The notes under the pieces were generated by a model. It saw only the letters and a program-made list of their open reading frames with translations, was not told where the DNA came from and made no database searches. This document shows positions 26,845-39,949 of a DNA stretch of 64,000 nucleotides, one piece after another (the stretch's first letter is position 1; every line of letters begins with the position of its first letter). This stretch comes from Octopus bimaculoides (Eukaryota): positions 114,335,693 to 114,399,692 of the forward strand of contig NC_068983.1 of assembly GCF_001194135.2 (NCBI RefSeq). Direction: 5' to 3'. The position numbers and the translations under genes were made by a program.

Positions 26845-27900
26845 TTTACTGCCACAAGAGTGATGACTTATGGGACACAATTTGGACAGTATGCAAAAGA
26901 TGTTGACGGGTTTATACAGGAGTCAGATGAATGAGAGAAAAGTAAAACAAAAAGACAGCGTTCTCTGAGAGGAAGAGCACCACATACAGCCAATAAGGAA
27001 CAGTACATGTCATGGGGTACCCTGATGACCAAAGGGTAAAATTCACTCTATCAGCTGTTACTCCCTGGTTTATAAGCATCTTCTGAGAGGAAGTACACTT
27101 ACTTGGAGCCATACTTGCCACTGTCACTCACATTTCAACATCTTCATCTTCTGCTTCAAGAGGAATCTGAATTGCCAAAGGGGAATGTGTCTGTCCTCTG
27201 TCCTCTCTGTTGCATCTACTACACAACCTATATTGTCTTAATCACTAAACAGAGGAAAACTGCTTGATTAAAGTAAGGTGAAGGGTTGATTTTTTTCACA
27301 ATGGACATGGCTAATAATTAGTTCTGTTCAACAAATCTCCACTTGCTAGCAATGGTTGAACATTAAATGAGGATATGCAAAATGGCTTTATCACTCTATG
27401 CACAGCCTGGATAAGACCAGCTGACAGCATTCCACAGCCTATAGAATCTTAAACCAGCAATATCCTTTGGAGGCATTGTTAACTTCCTGAAGTCATCCAT
27501 AATCCTCAGGTTGAAAATCCTCCAATACAGACCAGCAAGTTGATTTTCATTGCTGCCTAGAATTCTCTCACAAGTTATCATTCTTCTCCACCACTAATCC
27601 TTTATAAGAACGCCAATGTAAAGGTTCCAGAGGCTACATGACCCATCTGGCAGAGGGCTGTGTATGCCTTACACCACTCATGGTCTTTTCTTGAACTAAG
27701 ATTATAGCATTATTGAAGAGTCAAGTTGTGACAAAATATACTTGACAAATAGTGATCATGCCCATCCAGCAATCTTTGCAAATGCTACAGTCTTGGCACA
27801 TGTCTGCACATCAACCACAGCATACTAAACCCTTCACAAAGCAGGTGTTGTCAGCAAATAAATCACCTGATGAGTATAGGGTTCTCTTCTACAAGAAGCA
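26845..27900 (-). mobile_element. Tx1-clade (L1 superfamily) ORF2 3' fragment, decayed
   Basis: Minus strand ILGSNENQLAGLYWRIF..MDDFRKL, then NAVSWSYPGCA*SDKAILHILI*C (decayed CPxC..H..C knuckle), then FRFLLKQKMK and *VTVASM; ends near ttttactgccacaag, similar to the tails at 57290 and 57515. Confidence 0.65.
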
Positions 27901-27979
27901 AAACAGCAGAAGTCCCAATCTAATAAGGTGAGAACTGGTGAAAGGCATGATAATTAGGTGGTAATATATATAATGATGA

Positions 27980-28177
27980 AGGTGGCAAGCAGGCAGAAAC
28001 ATTAGCATGCCGGTATTTCGTCTGTCTTTATTTTCTAAGTTCAAATTCCGCTGAGGTTGACTCTGCCTTTCGTCCTTTTGGGGGTCGATAAATTAAGTAC
28101 TAGCTGCATACTGGGGTTGATCTAATCAACTGGCTCCCTCCCCAAAAATTTTGGGCCTTGTGCCTGGAGTAGAAAAG
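27980..28177 (+). mobile_element. SINE family A
   Basis: Perfect 17-bp TSD aatatatataatgatga at 27963-27979 and 28178-28194. Confidence 0.92.
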
Positions 28178-29994
28178 AATATATATAATGATGATTTACG
28201 CATCTGCTATCTCTGCCTGACCTTTCAGAAATGGCTTTCACTCAACCTATTTGTAGTAGAGACTGGCTACTCTACTTGTAACTCAGTTCTATTCCTGACT
28301 ACTTGGAAATTTGGACTGAACCAGATTCCAATCATTTTAATTGGTTCAGCAATCTACAATGCTGACTGGTAATATGGACTTCCCTCTCCAGTTGACAAAT
28401 AAACTATACAATAAAGGTTTGTAAATTATCATGAATGTGCATTCATAAAGCTTGTAGCTAAAATTGCTGACCTTCAGAAAAGTAAGGGGTATTTTCATTA
28501 ATGAAAGATTAATGAGCAGGGAAAAATAAACCATAAAACTATGAAAAATATAAATAAAATGTTTTTAATTAGGCATGAAACCTCAGGCAAGTAGAGGTAA
28601 GTGTCTTGCTCAAAGAGAAACCACAACACCTGCAATGAAATCTGAACACCAACAAGAATAAGATGGGAAGAGTATTTTGGTAATTAGTGCCAAGATTTCT
28701 GATATTTCCTCACAACAATTCAATAGTTGCTGCCAAAGTCTGTTTCCACAGCCCTGATGGTTGAATTAGCTACCATAATAAATGACATCAGTGGAACTGC
28801 TTTATTGAATAGGGCAGAGAAAAGAGAATGGAAAAAAAAGGTAAGTAGGATCACCTTTGACATGGCAACAATGAGCTGAAAGTAGTTTGGATTATAAGTT
28901 ATAAATAAACAGAACTTGTTAGTTCAATTTACCAACCAAATTTTAAATTCTACTTTTAATATTATTATTATTACTATTATTATTATTATTATCCATATTC
29001 ATATTCCCAAGGTCTGTAAAAATTGCATTAATATTTATGTCAGGGTCAATAGACTGACAGACAGTCTGAGTGAGTAATGAAGAGACAATTCAGGCTATCA
29101 ATATTCAATATTATGACAACTACTGCTGCTGCTGCAGATTAATTAAGAAGGATACTTCCAGCAAGCCAAGTGTGTGAGCTGATTTTGGTTCCTGGCAGAA
29201 GCCATTTTCACTTGAGTACCACAAATAATTATTCTTATGAAATGCATCAATGACACAGCTTCATATTTTCATCCTCTTAAAATATAAAGGCCTTTATGCC
29301 TTGTAAAAATAAATCCTAAATAAACAAACAATTATTTGATATTAATTATCTTTCTTAAAACCAATTCTCTACTTTTAAGTCTTTAAGAAAAGCGTGATTG
29401 ACATAAAATCTTACTTCACCTCCCTAATAAATCAGTAAATATTTTGTCAGCGCATGATGTCAATAATTTTATGCTTCTGCAGCAACATTTACTTTTTAAT
29501 TTCTTAAATCATAAAATTTGTTTCACTGCCCAACTGCAGCTGGCTTCATTTCACACATCACTTATACTTTTGAGAAATTCATGATTGCCTCAAAATCTTA
29601 ACATTTCCTATTTCTCTGACTAAAACTTTGTACCTATTTCAAAAATCTAATATCCTATTTTTAAAATTCTGAAGTGAGAATCATGGTAGTGGGTGGTATA
29701 TTTTGTAACTCGGTATTATCCATTGTAAATAAAATAAAAAAAAAAAAGCTCATATACCATGAGTTTTGCAGATGTTAAATTATATTCTTGAGCAAGGCAC
29801 TAATCTTTACTTGGTCAGTAGCCAAGCTGATGTCAGTGTGGTATGATTGTGCTTTATCTAAATTCATACTAACAAAAGAGAACGATTCTGGTGCCTAAGC
29901 AAATGAAGATCTCCATAACAACCATGCTAATCTGGTGCCAAAGAAAGGTGTATATAACTGAGACTAGCAAACAGAATTGTGTATATGTGTATTT

Positions 29995-30036
<42 letters not shown>

Positions 30037-30669
30037 TATAATTATGCATTAAAATAGCCAATGGTTAAATAAATATAACAAGCACTATTTTGCTCAACCT
30101 GGCAGCAAGAGCTATTCTCCAAAAACAGACAAGTGAAAGAAACAAAATTACATATCTTTAAATTCAAGATACTAATTGTCTTTGGGGTGGGGAGAAAAAA
30201 TATTTGCAAATTAATTTCTTAGAGATTTAGATAAGAACAATTATTCTGAGTTTAATATACTTCAGAATAACAAAGTAAATTATATATCTGAATTAATCTA
30301 AAAACCTATGTTGGTATCTTAAAAAAGACTTTTTTAAAAAAAAGAAAGAAAAAATTTCCAAACCACCTTCAGTTTCACTACAAAATCTTGTAGTAGTACC
30401 CACCCATTTAGCTGTGGCCATGCTGGGACACATGGTACATAAAAAGATAATGCTCCACTCTTTACTGGAAAAAGTTCTGCAACAGTTCATAATATACAAA
30501 ACATTTCTATACACACACACACACACACCTTGCCACCATTAAATATATATTGAATGCATATACATACATTATATATTCAATGGTGGTAACATACTGGTGT
30601 GAAATGCAATTAAGCAAATCAAAGTACTCAATACTATTTGTAAAAAGTGGAATATTTAATACTATATCA

Positions 30670-32512
30670 CCTTAGGATCTGGAATATGAAACTCCAAGTT
30701 AAGAGGTCTTATGGTAAGACAAAGATTATAGTAAGTAGGAAAAATAACAGGACTGTTCTTTTCAGGAAAATGGCTTTGCTTGATATGTAGTAAAGGAGTA
30801 GGTATAAGCTTCATAATCTAAACCCAATGCAAGCTATGGGCATATAAGAAATGTAGAGAAATTATAAGCAAACTAGAGAATGTAAGCTTAATATGTGATA
30901 GATACACTGATGCAGTTTGTACTATGAGCACACCAGAAATAGATTCTCTTAAATGCTTGGATGGCTCACTAGAAGTTGTTAATAACTTTTGTTACCTAGG
31001 AAAGCAAAGTAGCCTGAGTAAGAATTGGTTGGAGTTCAGGGAGCTACTTCCAATGTTAGCAACAAAGGCATTTTCCCTCAGAGAGAAGGGCAGATTGTAT
31101 GATATTTGTGTAAGAACTGTGATACTGCATCATAGTCAGTCATGGACCTTGATTGTAGAGGATTTGAGAAGACTGGAAAAATAAAGCAAGCATGCTCCAT
31201 TGGAAGTGTAATGTAAGTGGGCATGAACAGTATAGTACAAATGTGCTGAAACAAAAACTGGGCATAAAAGAAACAAGATGTAGTGTGCCAGAAAGAATAC
31301 TGCACTTGTATGGACAGGCAATGTATTTGAAAGAGGACAGTTTCATAAAGAAGTGCCAATTACTTAATGTAGATAGCGCTTATGAAAGAGAGAAACTCAG
31401 GAAGACGTTGCATGAAGTGGAGAAGGCTTACTTTCAGGGCCTTGAGCCTCATAAAAGATGATAAAGAACCAGAATGACTGGTGATATGTGGTTCACAAAA
31501 AAACCTGGCCAACTCAGTGAAACTGAGTTCTGGAAGCGCTGTGCATGTATACATGTACACGTCTGAGCCTTTCACTTAATTTCCTCTTCAAGGCACTCCC
31601 ACCACCCATCATCCCTCTAACTACCACTCTTCCTTGAAACCACTTACTTCTCTTACAGCTAAATGGGTGGATACTACTTGTCCATCCTACATCTATTAAT
31701 ACTGTTCTCTCCACCCACACTTTACATTGATCAGCCCCATTTCCACTGAGACATCAAATTATCTCACCTCCACTATCATGTCTCTCACAATCCTCATACA
31801 CTACACCTGTTTCTGTCTATGGCCTCCACACTCCCACAACCTACCCAATCACATATCATCTCTCTCTCATCCTCCTCCTGTCTACTATATCATCATTACT
31901 ATTCTGCTGTTCTCTCCACCTTTTTTTATGCACTGTCAGTCATCTCCTACTTCTCCCAGCCCATGCATTAGTGGTCATCCTTCACACTTTATCCATCCTT
32001 AAACCCCACCCAATCTTTATAGTTGTTGCCTATTTCCCCTCCCCTATTACCCATCTCTCACTCTCCATACACTCCTGCGACATCCACTCATTCACAATCC
32101 TAGTTCCTCTTTCTCACTCACTTCAGCTCACTTTGTATCTCGAGGGTCCACTCACACACCTCATCACTACTATTTTTATCTCCTTCCAGCTGCACCTGAT
32201 CACTTCCACCCTCTCTTCCAAAATATGAGTAGTCATGTGGCTGCAGCAAGAAACCTGTTCTGCACTGATCTCTTACCCCCTCATCTCCTATCAAAAAGCT
32301 GCCTCCTCAGTGTTCATAGTCTCGCAAACTGCATGTTTTGGTGGCATAAAAAAACAAAGCACCCAGTAATGCTATAAAGTGGTTGGCATTAGGGAGGATA
32401 TCAAGCCATTGCAACAAATCATGCCAAAGCAGGCACCCAAGCATGATGCAGTCCTTGGGGCCCATCGGATCCTGTCAAGCCATCCACGCCATGCCATGAT
32501 GATAATGATGAT
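30670..32512 (+). mobile_element. RTE-type (RTE-X-like) LINE, 5'-truncated, with long 3' UTR and (GAT)n tail
   Basis: SGKWLCLICSKGVG...LEVVNNFCYLG...FRELLPMLATKAFSLREKGRLYDICVRTVILHHSQSW...KKCQLLNV; pyrimidine-rich spacer about 31570-32230; tail aagtggttggcattaggga...ccacgccatgccatgatgataatgatgatgat. Confidence 0.85.
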
Positions 32513-33149
32513 GATTACAAATCCTTATTTTTATTTATCTACAGTCTTCAAAGACAACAAGAGTAACACATTGGACATTGAACAACTTTTAAACTGTTTG
32601 AAGAAATCATATGATCAGGAACTTAAAAACAAAAAATAACAGAACCAATGGTAAACAATTAAAATTGCACTATAATCATGGATATAAGTGTGAATATTTG
32701 AATGTGTTGTGTGTGTGTGTGTGTGTTCATATGCATGCTGTTACAGATTTATTTAAAGAATTGCTTTGAAGTAATGAAATATAGGTAGTAATTTTTTTCT
32801 TTCCATCAGCCAGTCTACGAGATGCGTTTTCTGTTCACTGTATTGCTTGCTCTCTAATTCTCTAATATTAACATTTAGCTGAAAAATCAGTCACCATATT
32901 GAACCACTACTGCTATCACCTGCCCACCCACTCACCCAAACACCATCACCTGCACTACAACAACCACTGCCAATATCATTGTCATTAAGATCATTATACA
33001 ATTGTTCCCAGCTCAAGTATCAATGGCAGCACCACATTCATTTCCTGAGACTGATTGCAGATCACACTAGGCGAAATAGTGTAACAAACACAACAAAGAA
33101 GGCAATGATTAATTTCTCTCTTCAATCAACTATATTATATTACACTTAC

Positions 33150-33213
33150 CAATTTACTCTATTACAATGTACCATGTACTCAAAGATCATATCTGTAACA
33201 TAGCTAACAGAAC
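33150..33213 (-). other. Candidate 64-nt exon
   Basis: Acceptor aaatccttactttag| and donor TTG|GTAAGT; one open frame GSVSYVTDMIFEYMVHCNRVN; no family recognised. Confidence 0.25.
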
Positions 33214-33660
33214 CTAAAGTAAGGATTTAGAGGCCTCTTAATTACCACATTTAAAGCTTACACCATATAAAGATGTATGATTTATATAATGCTGAATCCT
33301 AATTTAAGATGGTTATTTATGTGTGTATTCATACACAGCTACAGCAAAAAGAAAAATGAACTTATAGTAATATGAGTGAAAGTTTACAAGTCCCATAGTA
33401 GTCAGCATTTTGGTAGTCAATGTTTTTAGTTACCAATTACTTTTCCTAGAAATCACCACTTAGTGATGAAAGCAACCAGAAGAGTGAAGTGTAAATTTCC
33501 ACCTGCCATCAATGAGTGGTATATCACAAGTACCAAAACAAGATATGCTGAATATTATAAGTAAACTTCAATATTGGTTTACAAAATAAGTGCCATGTGT
33601 TTTAGATACAGTGTACTCTGTTTACATAGTGAGTAGAAAATATGAAAATAAACATATATT

Positions 33661-33873
33661 CTTTTCTGCTCTAGGCACAAGGCCCGAAATTTTTGGGGAG
33701 GAGGACCAGTCGATTAAATCTATCCCAGTCTGCAACTGGTACTTAATTTATCGACTCCAAAGGATGAAAGGCAAAGTTGACCTCACCAGAATTTGAACTC
33801 AGAACGTAAAGACAGATGAAATACAGATAAGCATTTCACCTGGTGTGCTAACATTTCTGCCAGCTTGCTGCTT
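33661..33873 (-). mobile_element. SINE family A
   Basis: Perfect 18-bp TSD tgaaaataaacatatatt at 33643-33660 and 33874-33891. Confidence 0.92.
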
Positions 33874-33988
33874 TGAAAATAAACATATATTGCATAAGTG
33901 TATTTGTAGCTCAGTAAGGTGGACTTTAATTTCAATGGTGGACTTAATTTGTCACCTGTTTAACACCACACTTGGTTCTTGAGTACTT

Positions 33989-34160
33989 TTAGCAGACTGC
34001 ACACCATTGTAAGGATTCGGATTTGATACCTATTCTGAAAATATCAGAATCCTCTCCTCTTCTCACCAATAGTTGCAGAGGCTCAGTGAGAAGGTCAGGG
34101 GTAAGCACTGCCCCTTGTCCTTTGACTTGGCCATCGTAGAAAGAAAAAGAAAAAAAGAAG
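33989..34160 (-). mobile_element. Possible L1/Tx1 relic
   Basis: GC-richer island; minus frame GQGAVLTPDLLTEPLQLLVRR..IFRIGI loosely resembles the RQGCPLSP..EPL..IR motif. Confidence 0.25.
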
Positions 34161-35113
34161 GGTGCCTGAACAATCCTCCCCTGACTGAGTCTCATAAGAA
34201 GATTTGTTTAGAATAAAATATGTAATTTTGTATTCATTGATTTGGAATTATATTTCTTATAGCAAAAATATTACTGTTATAAGACATGCAGTTTTAGAGT
34301 GTTGGTTGATGTGAGAATCAGAGTATTTAGCAAGGAACAAAGCAAGAAGGTTGGAATATTGGAACAAAATAGTATTTGTTAATAAACAGTAGACAGTGGT
34401 AGTACATATTAACTATGACCTTGCCTTTGATAAAGTTTATAGCAACTAAACCACTACAGCGTTATGATAAAAAGAGAGACTGAAAACAGTTGACTGCATG
34501 GATAAATATCACAGGTGAAATTCAAACATAATCTCCATTAAAGTCACATCTAATAATCATATTGATTAAACGATAGATACACATATACATACACACAATA
34601 TCCATGCATAGAACCAATAACAACATCAAAACAGGACACCTACAAAATGAAATCTATTTGGATAAAAATAACACATCTATACAAAAGAATATGAAACTAT
34701 AAGACAGATACATGGTAAAATGCCTAGCATTATATTATCAAGCTTTTATGCCAGACAACATCTTTCTAGAATTTAGTGGAAAGAAATATCTTCAATAGAA
34801 AAATTCAAATACATTACAATGAGGTTTTTCCATTTTTTTTCCCAACTTAAACATTAACCTTTCAACTATAACAGAAGTATCCTACATGTTTCAATGGGAA
34901 GTTGCTAAGAGACCACATAAAGTTCCCAACAAATTATGCTTGATGTTTATCTGCCTATACAATGAGTTATTACTATTAGCCATATAATGAAAATGTGACA
35001 ACACAAAATATTACAAGCACATGAACAATAAATAGCATCCTTCTAATGTGCATACAAACAGAAAATAAAATGGAATGGCCTCCCCATGTAGTATTGTAGG
35101 CACGAAATGGACA

Positions 35114-35146
35114 GGGTTGGGAGCTGAGGGCCGGGTTGGGTTGGGG
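35114..35146 (+). other. G-quadruplex-forming motif
   Basis: GGGttGGGagctgaGGGccGGGttGGGttGGGG, six G-runs. Confidence 0.7.
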
Positions 35147-35185
35147 AGACAATCACAGCTTGAGTGAGCTATTTTAAACTCATAC

Positions 35186-35239
35186 TTAGGTGGAATCTGT
35201 AGTTCCCTGTTTTGTCTGTCTGTATCTGTTTCTCTGCTT
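35186..35239 (-). other. Candidate 54-nt exon
   Basis: Acceptor ctctttgtatttcag| and donor TAA|GTATGA; open in two frames (SRETDTDRQNRELQIPP; AEKQIQTDKTGNYRFHL). Confidence 0.3.
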
Positions 35240-35818
35240 CTGAAATACAAAGAGTCATAGTAAATTGTCTTATAATCAACTTGAAAGATGTCCTTCAAAC
35301 ACACACACACACACATACAAATACGATGAAGAACAAAATAAATAAATAAATATATAAATAAAACATTTAATATTTCAGGGCGAAGCAGAATAATAATTAA
35401 CAAAAAAAAAAAAAAAAAGCTTATCTGAGGCAGTTTGGCTGGGAACAAACTATAAAGAAAAAAAAAAACAACTGACTTTCATGTAAGAAAAGTAACAACT
35501 AGAATACTGAGAAAACTTTTACAAAAAAAGCAGAGAGAGACTATCAGATAAAGACTTTTTAAGATAAAGGAAGTATAAAATCTACTTGACATGATTTCCA
35601 TCATTATTACTGAGAAGACAGGTAATAAAATACTGATGCTTGTTGTTCCAGAACTTTGTTTCAGTTACAAGAAAATACGCAACAATATTAGAATATTGAA
35701 AACAGGATTTTTCTCTTCATTCAGCATTTTTAGATTAGTTAATGCTAACCACACCCCAGATAACTCATTGACTGTGATGTCACATTAATGTAAGGTTTAT
35801 TAACGTGTGTGTGTGAGA

Positions 35819-35881
<63 letters not shown>

Positions 35882-36887
35882 TAGCATCATATCAAATCTC
35901 CAGCCTCAGAAGCCTTTGAAGCAATGATAAAACAAAATCTTCAGTGCCAAAAATTGCCAGTCTTCATAAATACATGCTGTTATAACTAATTGTCTTTCTA
36001 CATTTTTGTTTTTTTTGTTTTTCTCCTTTCCCAAGATTTGGCTGCAAGTAAGTATGAAGGTGGCTAAATGATGAGTGAGCTGTTAAGACTTGGTAACTGA
36101 CTGATCAAAGTTCTCTACAACATACCACGTAAGATTATCAGTTTCACACTGAACCACAGACTTGGTGTTAGGATCATAAGCAAAATCTATTTACATTGCA
36201 TTCTTCAGGCTACATTGAAAATACATATTTCACATTCGAGTGTTCAGTGTTAGGAACAGTACTCAATGCTAATAAGAAAACTCACATCAAACATTTGTGC
36301 AAATACTGAAGTTGTTTTTAGAACCAACAAATTCATGCTAAAATGGAGAAATAAGATTTATTTAGAAATATATGAGCATGCATACTTCTCATATACACAC
36401 AAACCAAAAATATTGTTATGGGCAATGTGGAATGTGGTCTTTTAAAAGCCATCAGGTAATTAAATTTCGGAAGAAATTTTTTTCTTAAATGATGATTTAT
36501 TTGACTAGAAAGTGTTAGTATATTCTAATTTAAGAGTAAATATGATATGCCATAAGTATATGTCATATATTTTGTCATATCATATAAAATATAGTCACAT
36601 TATGACCATACAAAAGTAAAGATGGTATCACACTACATCGATATAACTGTCACTTTGTCATATCATTGTTATACAATAGTAGATATAAAATCATGATTTG
36701 TTTTACATAATGCTACATATAAATATTACAATAGTAACAAAGTAATATGAATTTCATGGAACTTAACTCTAGCTTTGTTTTCAAAATCAATCTATTTTCT
36801 TGCTCTACTTAAGTTTTCTCCAGCTCAGTCATTGCTCAAAGCTGTGTGTGTGCATGCATTGTGTAGCAATATGATGCTTAAATGTAC

Positions 36888-36905
36888 CCATCAAAATATG
36901 ACGGA
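36888..36905 (-). other. Candidate 18-nt microexon
   Basis: Acceptor catcttttctgtttcag|, exon tccgtcatattttgatgg, donor |GTACAT; length divisible by 3, retains a CpG, open as PSYFD or RHILM. Confidence 0.25.
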
Positions 36906-39359
36906 CTGAAACAGAAAAGATGAGGCTAGCTGTACACTTCTCTAGTAACAAGAAATTAATTGCATACATGTAATTACAGTTCCAGACAAGCTGCTGCATT
37001 ATCAGCCATGGAAGAACAGTAAATACAAGTAGGATTTACAAGATAAATAATACTAACAACAAAACCTTGATTTCTCTCCAAATCATTTCACAAAAAGGGA
37101 GAATAAACAGTCCATAATATTACTAGAACAAAGAGTTGCATACAAATGAAAAATAAAAAGTAAATTTCAACATGAAATGTCATGAAATGCTTATTTAAAC
37201 CTACAGCTGATAGCTTTAATTAATAGATGGAAGAATTAAAATAAACCCATATCAAATGCAGAACTTATAATTACTGCTTAGAAAAGACTAATTAAAATAG
37301 TCCAAGAATACTTGATTTTCACATTTAGTTCATTCTCTCCCACCACAGCCAGCTGTTTATAGAAGAAATACTTTTGCTATCTTTGATTTATATTCAGTTC
37401 AACAGAATATTAATTAAAGTTTAAACCAGTTAACAATGCCACTAACTTAAGGGAATTGTTTTAATTGGTATATCATTTTTGATTTTACTTTGTGCTGTGC
37501 AATTCAACAACTCAGGCCTGTAAAGTAATGATTAACTTCTACATGCAGCATGGTTTCAATACCTTATACATTTTCATTCTAGCAAGGACTATTAATATTT
37601 CTTAGTAACAAAGAAAAGGAACTGCATTGAAACTGTTCTTCATTAAACTTAATGAAACATGAGTTTTAGTTCATAAGACACTGTATTTCAACATTATTAA
37701 TGACAAATAGAACTTATACACACACATGTATACATACATTTGATTCACACATGTACATGCATACATATACAAACATATACATGTGTATATAAGATGTGGG
37801 AAAAAAGAAGGTTACAAAACCCCAGAAAATCTCATACAAGCCATTCCTTAGAGACTCAACTTCATAACATTAATGGAAGGAACAAACCAACTCTTGGATA
37901 AGAGATCTGTGAATCCCAAAAACATTTCTCAATGATTGTTTTCCTGGCCTCAATGGAAAGTTTTATTATTTTCATTTTGGGTCCTAGTTACATTATTTTC
38001 AAACATCAGAAGGATCTAAAATTTTAAAACCACATTCGATAGAATACTTGTAGAGTATAAAGCTAAAATATATAATAAACCATATCCTTCACCAATATAT
38101 ATTTGTTACAGTTTTAATATATTTTGGTAGTAGATAGTTGTCAGATATCTTTATATGATGTTATATGTTAATCGTACATTAAATGCGAAGAACTATCCCA
38201 AAAGTTTAGAGAAACACTGCTGTGATAGATAGTTTGAACAGATGCGAATTTTGATCATCCGTTGTATAAATAAATGCTAAAATTAGAAAGAGAAAATATG
38301 TTCAATTAGAGCAAAATCTTGACCTATTTTGAAATGTTTGTTCTACGTAATATCTTAATTGATTATCAACCAGAAATCTCTTGAACATTTCACAAACTTT
38401 TTAAAATTTTTACTTGGATAAGATGTGCAAGCTAATCTGACATCAGAATATTATCAGGATTGTTAAAATTAGTGGAATAAGTGTTTTCATAGCTTGTAAA
38501 CTGAATGAGCATCCTTAAATTAATCCAGTCAAGTATATTGAACTAAAATATTTACTAAACATCTTAATAGACAAAACTTTCATAATAAATGGATAAAATA
38601 GATGATGTAAAAAGAAAAAAAAAAATTGTTTGAATAAAGCTAATTACAGTAATGAAAAAAAAAATCATTTCAAAATTTCAGGGTCCAAATTCAATTTACT
38701 ATAGCAATAAACAAATCCTCAGCTGTTAAAAACTTCAGCCATTAGAGTTCGAGATTTAAGTATGTAAAATATAGGAGAGAGACTCTCTGCAGCAAGACTG
38801 CTTGCGATGCAGTCAGATGTGTAGATGTGATGATGACTAACTACACACCAATTACTAATTTTTCAATGGCTACCAACAGCTAAATTTAGCTGTATGAAAT
38901 TTATCAAAATTTCAAGCAAGTATCAAACAAATTGTTAATTTCTAAATGAAAGTAATATGTTGGTGCATTTAGACTTTTGTACAAAACACTTTGGATAAAA
39001 TGCTAAATTTATCTCGTTTAAAGCGGTTGGGGTAAAAGGGAAGGATAGCATTATCCAAAAGTCTGGCTTCGTAGTTACTTTTGTAAAAGTTTTTTTTTTT
39101 CCCCAAGTAGATATAACAAAAGTATGGAAATATATGCACACACATGTTTATATATTTTTTTTTGTTTATAGTTTTAGCTTAGAGCTGCGGCCATGCTAAT
39201 GCACCGCCGTGGATATGTATATATAAATAATTAAATATATATCATGGTATCAACCAGACTTTCAGATGTTGTCTAATGTGCTTCATATTGCTTTAGCTTT
39301 TGAATGACTCCACCTCACAGGTTAAGCAAATAGGCCTTGGTTGGAAGACTTATTCCATT

Positions 39360-39683
39360 ACAGGATTACCCATTTGCAGTTGAGTGGACTGGAACAACCT
39401 GAAATGATGTGTTTTGCTCGAGAACACAATGGGATTCGAACCCATGATCTAGCAACTGTGAGTGCAATCTCCTTCTTATCACCAATACTCATCAGTTTCC
39501 AAGTAAGGTAATATTTCCCCATGTTCTTCAAACACAAAAAGCACAATGGGTAGGCATGACTTCACGGAACATTGCAAATGAACGACACCACTTGTAACAT
39601 TTTGACAGCCATTTACAACTAGCATCTGATGTCAAGATAAGGATACACACATGCACACTCATATATGTATGTGTGTGTGTATG

Positions 39684-39725
<42 letters not shown>

Positions 39726-39900
39726 TATACTTACACATATCTATAATGGTTTTTTAAAAATTATTGTCAACTAAATCCATTTACAGGTTCTTGGTTGGCC
39801 CAAGACTATAGAGAACATTTCTTTAAGGTGGCATGCAGTGGGACTGAATCCAAAACCATATTGTGAAGTGGTGCTTCTTGGCCTTTTGGCTAAGATCAAA
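39360..39900 (-). mobile_element. SINE family B (tail Y) relic and adjacent fragments
   Basis: tttccaagtaaggtaatatttccccatg...gatgtcaagataagg tail, internal (TA)/(CA)n, head gggactgaatccaaaaccat. Confidence 0.65.
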
Positions 39901-39912
39901 ATATGCATATAT

Positions 39913-39949
<37 letters not shown>

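Noticed and set aside
33993-34100. Plus-strand 108-nt open exon (ttttag|...GGG|GTAAGC)
   Set aside because: Weak pyrimidine tract, opposite to the inferred host strand, no recognisable peptide; a LINE relic is at least as likely.
38087-38128. AT-rich hairpin faintly like miR-190
   Set aside because: 13-bp imperfect AT stem is expected by chance; the seed end does not match.
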